Below, piece by piece: positions 36,967-47,616 of a DNA stretch of 47,616 bases. The notes under the pieces are model-generated. The model saw only the letters and a program-made list of their open reading frames with translations, was not told where the DNA came from and searched no databases. The translations under genes and the position numbers were made by a program. The stretch's first letter is position 1, and every line of letters starts with the position of its first letter. The stretch is taken from the NCBI GenBank assembly GCA_000182565.2, contig KQ257463.1, one strand, 5' to 3'. The stretch comes from Spizellomyces punctatus DAOM BR117. Its lineage: Eukaryota.

Positions 36967-37167
36967 TGTTTTTAAAAGTAGGTGGAATTAAACTATCAAG
37001 GACAATCGATTCGACAATGAAAGTAAATCTGACGATCGACTTTATGGCAATTAAAATAAACAAAACTCAAATCCTAGCTAGAAGAATAATAAAATAAAAA
37101 ACACTATCCGAATGCGTGTTTTTAGAGATGAGTTTTGGTGGAAGGAGGGGGAAGAAAGATGATTGTC

Positions 37168-37176
37168 CTTTTTATA
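37168..37176 (-). promoter_or_regulatory. TATA box of the dehydrogenase gene
   Basis: TATAAAAAG about 200 bp upstream of ATG 36966. Confidence 0.5.
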
Positions 37177-38509
37177 ACCTTTTCCATATCGACAGCAAAG
37201 ACCCCCCATCAAAAGTCAAGTCGGGTGGTGGAGGAGAAGGAAACGTATCCAATGGCTTAGTATCGATTTGACTAAGCAAAGGGCCCGAATGAGATTGCAA
37301 TGTGGGATACATTGATCAAGGGCAGTGGGAATATTCCTAATTAATTAGAATGCATTGTAATTCCTGAATCCATCCATAACATTAGCACACGTGAAACATG
37401 CAAAGGACCCGAGTTATTCTTTTGTTGTAAAACGGGGCCTTCTTCAAGGCTGAAGGTGTGCAAAGATTTGGGATGAAAAAATGGATGGCAGAGGAAGGGC
37501 TGAGTCCCCAAGGACTTGGCGTAGATACCCGGAAATAGCGATAATGCTGGGCACTTTCGAGCAACGTGTTACTCCCTTTTTCGTTTGCCAAGTCTGAGCC
37601 AACTGTTAACACACTTTGGCCAATGCACCGTGCAAGGGTTCTAGGACGGGTTCCCTCCTCAAGAGTCCAATGTGCGGATACAAGATCATTTTAATTGACG
37701 TAAGAACAGAGCAGGTACCTTGATATCAACACGCAATGTCGTTACCGCCTCCCAAGTGCCTTTTGGAATACTCGTCCCTTTCCTCCTTTCCTTTCATATG
37801 CCAATATTATTGCTTGCAGATCATTCCAAGGAATTTGGGCAAATAACCTTTGGTCATCATCGGCATGCTTGTTTTCTGAAAGTTTATTCGCTGCTGCCAT
37901 TGTTCCCTACTTCCTGCATAGTCACAAACGCTCCTTCTGGAACATGTCATCATAAATCAGTTCAAGTAGATTGCAAGAGTGTTATCTTTTATTATAATGC
38001 TTGCTGATTTCATACAGCGTGGCGCCCTTTCCAACATAAATAGGTTAAGGTTTCTGACGCGGCAAACGAATATTCCCCAATCGAAATTTCGCTTATAGAG
38101 CGGTTCTCGCATCCGACACTCCGGCATGACTGCGCCCAACTGACCGCTCATTTGAAGAAGGTAACACAAGTCAAAGTTTTTCAGTTGCGGCGTCGGGGGC
38201 CCGTCGCCTTCCCATGGAAAAATCGAAAATCCGCCACCCAGTTGTATCCATAGCAAATAGACGTCATTTCTGTAGCCACATATCGATGAGATAACGCATG
38301 CTGGATCCGGATGCAGTGAACAAGCAGCCACCACCGAAACCCATCCGCCCCGGCGTTCGTGGAAGGCTCCCCGCGCCCCGGCGTCAGCCCTGGCAACTAA
38401 GCCCCCGCCCCCGTCCCCCGACGATCAGCGCTCTTGGTCCGGGGGTTTCTTTAAAAGCAGCGGCCCCATTCTTACTCTGGACACTTTTGAACCCAAACGA
38501 CCAACGATC

Positions 38510-39235
38510 ATGACTGTCACCATCAACCACATTCTCTTTGACTGCGACAATACGCTCGTCCTGTCAGAGCATCTTGCCTTTGAAGCCTGTTGCGGACTCA
38601 TCAACGAAATCCTTGCCCAACATAATGTCTCCGTCCAGTTTACACCACAGGAGCTCATTTCCGAGTTTGTTGGAATGAACTTTCGCGGAATGGTCGTTGC
38701 ACTGCAGAAAAAGTATGGATTTCCCATACCCGAAGACGAACTCACACGACTGGTGCGGGAAGAAGAGGACAGAGTGATTGCAAAGTTGTCTGCGATGGTG
38801 GAGCCATGTGTCGGCGTTAACGAGGTTCTGGATAAGCTCTACAAGGAGAAGCAATATGGACTGGCTGTAGTGTCTTCCTCTGCTGAGCGGCGGGTCCGCG
38901 CATCCCTGGTCAAGGCGGGTCAAGACGCATATTTCCCTGAAAACCACATCTTTAGTGCCGCTACGTCTCTTCCTACTCCCACATCCAAACCGGATCCAGC
39001 AGTGTATACCTTTGCCTGCAAAGTCATTGGCAAGCAGCCTGAGCAATGCGTGGCCGTGGAAGACAGCAAATCGGGAACACTGAGTGCTGTGCGAGCGGGC
39101 ATCCCGGTCGTTGGCTATGTGGGAAGTTATGAGCCTGAGCGTCAGGAGGAGATGACAAAGGTCCTGCAGGAGGCTGGAGCCAAGATTGTCATGAGAGATT
39201 GGAAAGAGTTTGAGGGTATCCTTGATAGAATGTAA
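38510..39235 (+). CDS. HAD-IA family phosphatase, intronless
   Basis: Motif I FDCDNTL, motif II VVSSS, motif III KPDP, motif IV VEDSKSG. Confidence 0.93.
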   Translation: MTVTINHILFDCDNTLVLSEHLAFEACCGLINEILAQHNVSVQFTPQELISEFVGMNFRGMVVALQKKYGFPIPEDELTRLVREEEDRVIAKLSAMVEPCVGVNEVLDKLYKEKQYGLAVVSSSAERRVRASLVKAGQDAYFPENHIFSAATSLPTPTSKPDPAVYTFACKVIGKQPEQCVAVEDSKSGTLSAVRAGIPVVGYVGSYEPERQEEMTKVLQEAGAKIVMRDWKEFEGILDRM

Positions 39236-39700
39236 TTTAATATATATGATACATTTATACGAGATGCTTTCCGTTTTCACAAAATGTACAAGGTTTGTAA
39301 GAATATGGAGAAGGGTGTTTAGCGAACAGATGCCTAGCAGGAGGATGATCGACCTGCCATCGACCTGCCTGCTTGCTCAACTGCTCTAAAGCACCCTTCC
39401 ACAAGTCGCTGGGCCCACGGGAACCCTTTGGTCCAGCCGTCGTGGTGCAGAAAGGATCCCACAATTTCATTCTCGTCGCCACGCGGCCATACTACGACTG
39501 TGCCACAATATCTATATGACTGTGCCTCTACAATGTTCCCCTGCAAAAGTCCAGAACGTTTGTCTTTTTGAGTCTTTTTTCTCTCGTTGTCGAATTTTTG
39601 TAGAGAAAGGTTCTATGAAAAGGTGGGAATTGCGTTTAGGCTTGATTGCTCCATCTCGGGATTTTGTTTTTCTAACACGACGCATCTTCATCGCTGGACA

Positions 39701-42129
39701 ATGCAGGCGCTGGTCATTTGGGTTCTAGTCATCGTCGTCGTCGCGTCTCTCACCAACGTCCGAGCTCAGCAAGCCGCCGCGCTCGTGGATATCAACCCAC
39801 CCAGCCCCGTGTACGCACAAGCAACTTTTACCCTCAACAACCGCCTGTTTGTTCTCGGCGGAGTCGACGAGAACGTTGCCCGTTCTTCGGGACCTGGATC
39901 TACACAGGTTCGTGAGTTTTGCTGCGAGTGTATTGGAAGGGCGGGAGTTGCAAGGTTGCTGCTTTTGCGCCAACGCTAGACACCATGAACGATCGCTTAA
40001 AAGCTTGCATCGATCTCGCCTTTGATGCATTTCATTCGTTTGTAAACAGGTCGCTGCATTTGACTATGGAGGAACAGAATTTGTCTGGAAGAGATACGAT
40101 GACATCCAGTTTCCTCCTACGACCGGCGTCGTCGCAGTGACTGTCGGGTCGAGGGTGTTGCTCACGTTTGGCGCCGTCTCGTATTCCCCAGAAGCGTACA
40201 TTCGGGACCGCGCCGTCTCGTGGTTCGATCCTCTCACAGGACAGATTGAGCCTTTGGTCACGCAGCCAGCCCCAGGATCGACATTTGTATGTGCATGCTA
40301 GTGTTCCTTGTCATCAGCGCATAGCAGCTCACATTTTTCACGTTCTCATTAGGGACCTGCCTTGCGATATGGGCATTCAGCTGCGTATGTTGCTTCCAGG
40401 AATGCCGTCTACATATATGGTGGATACGCAGCAGGAACCAGTGAACCTTTTAATAAGGAACTCTGGAGGTTAGATCTGACTACAAACACGTAAGTCCAAG
40501 GGCGTATGTGTCTGAGATACATTTGGCATGCTTATCAATACATCTACAATCCCAGCTGGCTGCAAATAACACCTCTGAACCAGACGGGCGCGCCTCCTGT
40601 GACAGTAGGAACTTGTTCCGTTGCGGTCGGAAAATGGTAGGTCCTCATCTGACTTCTCTTTCAAGCGACAGATTCTCATGTACGCGTCCTGCAGGCTCGT
40701 CATCTGCTTTGGCGCAATTAGTGGCCAAGGACCTTCTGTGAACACTTGCGAGGTATTTGATACTAGCATTGGTCCGAATGGACAGGTAGGGATTCATTTG
40801 TCAGAATCTAGTACTTCAGGCCAAACTTGCTAATATTCACGCAATTCTTTTAGTGGGTCTTGGCCAATGTTACAGGTCCAGACGGCTTTCCAGGGCCTCG
40901 ATCAGCATCTCGCCTTGTAGTGGACAATGCAAATCGTGTGTACGTTTTTGGCGGCGGTACCTTTGGTAGTAACGACGCGTCCTACGATGATATCTGGACG
41001 TTCGATGGCAATAATCTGCCCAACATCACCTGGAAACGATTCAAACCTTTGGCACCGGCTGGACTAACTCCTAGTGCTCGACGAGACCACAGTATGGTTG
41101 TCAGCACCGCTGATCCCAGCAAAATAATTATCTGGGGCGGCCACGACAAGGCTAATGACGCACCAATGGACAAGAAAATCTACGTGCTAGACACCAAGGC
41201 AGAGACGTTTTTGCAATGGGTTCCAAAGTCAGTAGACGAAGGAAACACAATGTTGAAAACCAAGATAGGAGTCGGATGCGCCGGTGCAGTACTCGTTGTG
41301 GGTGCGATTGTCGGCACGCTCTTGTGGCGTCGGCGCGCGAGAAACAAGTCGTCAAAAAATAAGGATGTAAAGGTTCTCAGTGCCAACAAATCGGAATCCA
41401 AAAAGTCTACCGATATGCATCACACAACTATCCATGTGCACGATATTTCCCGAGTGAATAACCCTCCTTCCATATCCAACATTCCAGTCGGTCACTTGGT
41501 TGCTCCCCATGTTCCGCCCTCGTGGACCATGCCTGATCTGACAATTCCGACGGTGGCAAAATCCAACGACCGAACCGCGTCCATCGGAGCGGGTCCTTTG
41601 AGTGCCCAAGCTGCTCAAATGCTAGCTGGAGACCCGACGTCTCCACCCTTGTATGAGCAACTGGATCAATTTGCCTGCTGTACATTTTCTTTTACACCAA
41701 ACTTGCCTGATGAACTGCTATTGAGGAAGGGAGATGTTGTGGCTATTTCGTAAGTATATGGTGTGCCGTTGTTGACTCTCATTATGTCACTAAAAACGCA
41801 TTCTGGGTGTTTGCAGACAAAAATTCAACGACGGATGGGCGTACGGTACCAACATTGTGAGTCTCTCTTGCATGTAATTCAAAGCGTACATGTTGTGAAA
41901 GTACCTTACCCTATTCTTGTAGAACACAAAACAAGCTGGAACGTTTCCCATGAATGCTGTCAACCTTCTGGGTAGCGCATCTTTTGCTAGTGATGGCACC
42001 CGACCCGATCAAGATCTGAGTCCTGAAGCCCTGCTTGCTCGTGGAGCTATTTCGGAAATAACCTATATCCGGTTGAAAGAGCTGGAACTCGAGATGGAAA
42101 AGCACAGAACTGGAAGTCCTTCCGCGTAG
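39701..42129 (+). CDS. Type-I membrane protein: signal peptide, Kelch repeats, TM, SH3, short C-terminal helix
   Basis: MQALVIWVLVIVVVASL signal; Kelch motifs LFVLGG, VYIYGG, VYVFGG, IIIWGG; TM IGVGCAGAVLVVGAIVGTLLWRRR; SH3 FTPNLPDELLLRKGDVV...DGWAYG...GTFPMNAV; stop 42127-42129. Confidence 0.85.
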
Positions 42130-42340
42130 ATCGCGTAGGATTCTAGGTAGAAAGATACCATACGTCGTTATTATTTTGCATTTTGGAATGAAGTTAGACA
42201 GCTGTCGTTGTTAATTGCGTTTAGTTGCGTCTATTATCGTATATATAGTATATCCCGTAGAGTCTTAATATGTAAAGCACAGCGTTCAAACGCTCAACTT
42301 TGACCGTTCAAGCACTTCAAACGTGTGTGCTGTCCTGCTA

Positions 42341-43093
42341 TCATGCACTATTGGCTTGTCTCAGTCTATCTAGCTCTCTTGCAGCTGCTACGAAATGATG
42401 ACCATGTGGATGCTGTTGTTGATCATCCTCTGGCTGATCCCCAAACACTTCTTTGTCTCGCAGCCAGTCTTGCAATCTATTCTGCAAAAAATCTTCAAAG
42501 TCCCATTCCTCCTTGGACAGCAGATTGTCCCCAGAAGCCCAAACATAGACATCCACCTCTACCATCTCACCGGCAAGTTGGACGCGAACTGTTTGACGTT
42601 CATAATCCTGGCAATGAGAAAACAAAAGTTAGATCAAGATGAAAAAGTCATGCATGTCCATCCCCGCTCACATCACTCTCAAACAGATCCAACAAGCGCA
42701 CTTGGTCGTGTGTTTCAACGTGTACTACCAGTCCTTCAACTTTATCATCGGCTGTGGCGGGTGTTATCGCTGGATACGTTGCACCACGGACCTGGCGTCG
42801 GCGGTAACCCTAACAGAAAAAGCGCAATCAGATCCTGATAGTTTGGCAACTTGCAGAATGCCCAACACGGACTGTGAGTGTTGCTGGTTTGGATAAAGGA
42901 GCGGATGCGGTGCCGACCTGTTGAGGTGTGAATAACTCTGATTGGAACTGCGTGATTCGAAAAGCAAGTTTATACGCACTACTTTACAGTACACTGCTGC
43001 GGACATGAGAGTTCCATAGCAGAAAATGGGACGTGGAGGACTGTCGAAGGAGACAGGTTTGGCGTATACTTTTGCTGGTGCGATAATGGCCAT
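42341..43093 (-). CDS. AIG2-like / gamma-glutamylcyclotransferase-fold protein, multi-exon
   Basis: PIFCYGTLMS, DYERQTVRV, VDVYVW and EWDFEDF are typical of fungal AIG2-like proteins. Confidence 0.85.
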
Positions 43094-44140
43094 GGTCGGA
43101 TGAAGTGTGTCGTCCGTTAAAACGCTGAGGATATGTCACGACACAAGACACCTGGCTACCCCTTTGAACACGGACGCTACAATGATTTGTTCGATTCTCG
43201 AGCGTTCGTATCGAAAGATGGTCGCTGACCAAGTTGAACGAGAGAACACCCAACTGATAAGCGCTGGCTCACGTGCCATTGGGGACGCGCGAGACCAAAA
43301 CGTCCTCTCCACAGGTTTCCCCGCCGGCGACACAACAACATTTGCCGCCATCGTCACCCCGCCGAACATATTCGTTTGTACCTCCATACGACGGGCATCT
43401 GCAATTTGTGAGGTCCTCAACCAAAAAAAAGACGTTTGTCAAATCCAAATTGTTCCATCAAAACGCGCCAGAAGAGCATGCTTAGTCATCTGCATTTCGT
43501 CGGAGTTTTTGAATTGCTCGTCGTCGGGCCCCCCCGCGACGGCACCCATTTTTCTATTGTTCGCGCTGACTGGATTTTTAGCGTTCAATAAACATCCCTT
43601 GGCCCGAAGCGTGTGGGGGTTCAATTCGGTTGCGCATACCGAAATCCCGAAAGATTTAGAAAACAAACAAGACTTTTTAACCGTCGCGTGTCTAAGCAAG
43701 CTGAAAAAGCTGAGAGCTGACCTCGATCACGTAAGACTGAGGCCGACGCGCGGAATCAGGATTAGGACCAAATTGCTAGTAGTAAGCAGTTGTTTTGAGC
43801 GTACATAAAAAGGACTTTTTGTCGTGCTCATTCCGAGCTACTCTCTCCCCAGCCTTTCACTGCAGGATTCGGGTCAGTTTCACAGTGGCCCTGAAACCTG
43901 TTGTGAGAGTAAAAAAGAATAAACTGATCCCCACACATCGACTTGCTCCTCGTCGCGCGTGAAAAGGAAATCGTTCCTTGGTTAGACCTCTTGTTTGTGA
44001 GATCTTTCCTTCAAGAGTGTGGATTGAAAAGAGTGCCAGCCTCGCGTACGTGTGGCAGGATTGCAACATCCATGGTCATCAAAAACATTGTATTGGATGC
44101 TCGACATTAACCCTGATGCAACTCCGATCCCATTATCTAG

Positions 44141-47100
44141 ATGTCACTCGTTTCAATGATTATGACCGATTATCACTCAGCAAAAGACATCTTTGCAGCT
44201 ATGGAGCAGGATTCGGCGAGTCATGGGCGACCGAGGCAAGAAACTGGGGATTTTGACGTCATTCGGTATACCCTCTCCTCTCTCCAATTGGATGATTACT
44301 CTACAACCTGGACTCCACCCAATCTCGGCGGTCTCACTGGTTCGGCTCATGCGTCAAACGGCTCTTTGGCAGCTCGTGGTGCCTCTGAGGGGGCCATCAA
44401 TGGCAATGGCACGGCGCAGAGAAAGGATGCATCCAATGCGGGTCAGCCAGAGATGGTTTGTACCTGGTGATGTCCTTGAAGGAGCGTGCAACCATATCCT
44501 TATTTGCCTGTTGGCTCCTTTAGAGTGAATGTCCCTTTCCGATAAATGATCCAAGGATGATGCGCGCTGTTCTTACGATTCAAAGAGCATTTCGGAACAG
44601 CAAGCGTCGACGCAACGCGCTGCCTGCGGGGACGGTCACCGCTGCCACAAAGATTCAGGCTGCATTCCGCGGCTTCAAGTCGCGAAAGGAGGTAAGCAGC
44701 AGTGTGGGCCCAGCTCTTCTGTTTTTCGCCCAAGGAAATAACCTGTAGAGTGTCGTATGTAGACATTGCTCCGTCTTCAAACTCATAATACCTTTCTGCA
44801 AAACGAGTTGTGCAACCGTGATGCATGCCTAGCCCGAAGCACCGCCGAGCTTCAATTGCGAGCGGGCATGATTGACCAATTTGGAAAGGTACGTACTATG
44901 TGGGTTTGATTGTGTTTCTCCATGCAACATCATTCTAACCTCTATATTTCAGTCCATCACTTCCTTGCGGAGACAGGTGGCGGATAGCACCGCTTCGTAT
45001 GAAATGAAGTTGGAGGTGAAGGACAAGCAGATCGAGCAGCTAGACAGTGAGCTGAGAGCAGCACTGAGGACTACGAGCGATCTCAAATATCGGTTGGAGA
45101 GCAACGCTGTTGAGTATGCAAAGATGGCCTGGGATCTAAAAGAAAAGGATTCGGATAGCGGTCATGTAAGTCGTCATGTACACAGCTTTGTCCGCGCCAT
45201 TTTGTAAACATTGACAGATCCCAACGTTTTGGCGCAGCAGTATATCCTCTCCCTTCAGCGGGAACTTGAGAACTGTCGCTCCCAACTCTCTGAAATGCGT
45301 TCCACCAAGGAAGCTGACAGCATCCGGCTTTCATTAAAGGATAAAGAAATTCAAGAACTCCGCTTGCAAATGCAAGAAGCGAGACGGTCCCTCGAGTCCG
45401 AACTTGCGACACGCAACGCAGAAATTGATGAGCTTAGAGGGCTGGTGGCGAGATTTCCACCAGACGCCTTCGCAAAAGCAGACGCCAACTCCAATTGAGA
45501 ACAATGAGCTTCCCTCGCGAGAACACCCTCCTCGCGCGCCTTCGGCCAGCAGCATGCAAAACGCTCCCGCCAACCCGGTCAAATCCATCTGGAGCAGTGC
45601 AGAGAACACCATGAGCCCTTTTGGTTTCTTTTCGCACGAGGTAACGCGTGAGGTACCACTTGTCTTCGCCGAATTAACATCATGGTAAACGCTGACACAA
45701 AATTTATCTCAAAGGGTTCGTCTGATACACTCTACAGTAACGGCAGCAGCAAGAGCAGCACTCCATCCATTGAGCAGGTGCCTGTACCTTTCAATGCTCA
45801 TGGTAACGGAGATGGATTGTCCAATGGGAAATCCATCTGGAATCCAATCACTTGCGACTTGGATTTCCTAAACATGTCACCTACCATGATGCCCTTGTCA
45901 GCCGAGGTACGACCAATTAAAAGTTGCTTTCACTCAATAAACAAACTCATTCGCGGTTCTTGCATCAAGCCTATTCTGGACCCATACGGTGATGCCAGCA
46001 TGCTGAGGAATACCTCGATGGATCACCAGCTGATGGGTGACGATGACTTGTCGTACGGCAGGAACGGGAGGCTTCTGCCTGCAGCCCAGGAAAAGAACAC
46101 TGCGGCCAATCTTTTCGTGAGTAGCAGGCATACTCTTGCCATAATGTACCACCATCTCACGTCATTGTTTCTACCTACGACGTTACTAGTTTTTGGTGGA
46201 CAAGATTGTCCGGACCAATGACCAGCCTGCGTCTCTTCTTTTACAGCAAAAACTAAAGACGGGGAACGCAGAGGTCAAGGCTATGATCTTTGATGCTATC
46301 CTTGGTCAAGCCCTCAGCTTGATGAAGAACCGGTTTGGAAATTTTTTGATGCAGAGGGCCCTTGAATTTGGTAAGTGTGAGGTGTACCATCTCTACTCGT
46401 CTTTTGACCATTGACTTAACGTCGATCCCGCCTCCAGGAACTCCTCAGCAAGTTCGTATCCTGGGACAAACCATGCGAGGCAACGTCTTGAACCTCGCTT
46501 GTGACCGATTCGGATGCCACGTTGTTCAGAAAGCCCTCGACACAGTCGAAGAGGACCTGAAAGCCTCGCTTATTTCCGAGCTTTTCCGCTGCATTCGCGA
46601 GACCATAACCCACCGGTTTGCCTGCCACGTTTGGCAGCGTATCTTTCAGATCAAGTGGAGCGCCGAGCCACCTGCTGTCATGCATTACCTGGATTCATCC
46701 CTCAAAGGGCAGTGGCACACCATTGCCAATGATGAAAATGGCAGTTTAGTCGTACAATGCATTTTTGAGAACTGCTCCCAAAAGGAAAAGGGCCCCATCT
46801 TGTGTGAAGTTCTCGCGAGAACGGTTGAGGTTGCGAGAGGTAATGAGTTCATGTGCCATTTGATTTCGGGCCAAGTCTTTAACATTTACAATTAGGGCAA
46901 TGGGGCAACTGGGTCATTCAGCATATACTCGAGCACGGGGCACCGGTCGATAAGAATTATGTCATGAAGGTCTTGATTCAAAACTTTTATCCAATGGCTA
47001 TCGACCAATACGCCAGCAAAGTCGTCGAGAAAGGTCTTAAATTGGCCCCAAAGCGTGAGATGTACGAAATGATCGAGACCGTCCTCACTCCAAGTGTCCG

Positions 47101-47446
47101 CGATGGGTAAGTTTCGACTTGAGACATCTATAGGAACTTTGAATACTAAAGAACCTGTTCCTATAGCCGCCCAGCCATTCTTGAAATGATGAACAATCAA
47201 TTCGCCAATTATGTCGTCCAGCACATTCTCAGTCTTGCCGACCCGCTACAGAAAGACATGTGCATCCGTCTCCTTCTTCCCCATATATCGACGCTTCGCA
47301 ACTCAAAATACGGCCAGCGTGTTGCGGCTATTGTCGAGAAACACTTGAGAAACAGTCATCACAAATACGGAGTTACTGCTACGGGACTTTTGCCCTCCAT
47401 GCCAATTGGTCTTGGTACCGCTCACGCCCTTGGGCTGCGCGGATAA
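44141..47446 (+). CDS. Pumilio/PUF RNA-binding protein with N-terminal coiled coil and probable IQ motifs
   Basis: VDKIVRTNDQPASLLLQQKLK, then PUF repeats RFGNFLMQ, RFGCHVVQ, FACHVWQ, NGSLVVQ, WGNWVIQ, YASKVVE, FANYVVQ, KYGQRV. Coiled-coil exons 44952-45490. N-terminal exon structure is less certain. Confidence 0.9.
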
Positions 47447-47616
47447 GGAAACGTATATCGCAAAACTTTTTCACGCTCGGATAAACCATAACACGCTTTC
47501 CACGCAAAGTCGGCAAGAAGATGATGAACGACGACCAGCTTTACCAATGCTTCTCAATGTAGAGACGATTGGTCTCTCTTATGTGTTTATCTGTGCTACG
47601 CTCCCCCTTCCCCTCC

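Noticed and set aside
43107-43808. 233-aa ORF with GTG start
   Set aside because: No motif; lies in the divergent promoter/UTR region between the AIG2-like and PUF genes.

Overview
Gene-dense eukaryotic DNA with many short (about 40-80 bp) GT-AG introns. It is most likely from a flagellated early-diverging fungus (chytrid-like), inferred from LEKR1- and LRGUK-like genes alongside a fungal hybrid histidine kinase, a 7TM-RGS receptor and a PRM10/ThrE exporter. Fifteen protein-coding genes and one pseudogene can be built by hand. Best leads: (1) a ~270-nt highly base-paired segment at 14987-15258 ordered as enclosing helix, hairpin, TAACCCTAACCCT tract, pseudoknot, the layout of a telomerase RNA core; (2) a single spliced gene fusing a ResIII-like SF2 helicase with altered motifs to four C2H2 zinc fingers, next to an LRGUK gene lacking its guanylate kinase domain; (3) a divergent mannitol-dehydrogenase-family and HAD-phosphatase pair; (4) a repeat-built minus-strand unit (11.9-13.9 kb) with TATA, duplicated introns and AATAAA but no convincing ORF; (5) a PUF gene with an IQ-motif exon. 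All calls come from manual reading and motif recognition; no searches or folding were run.
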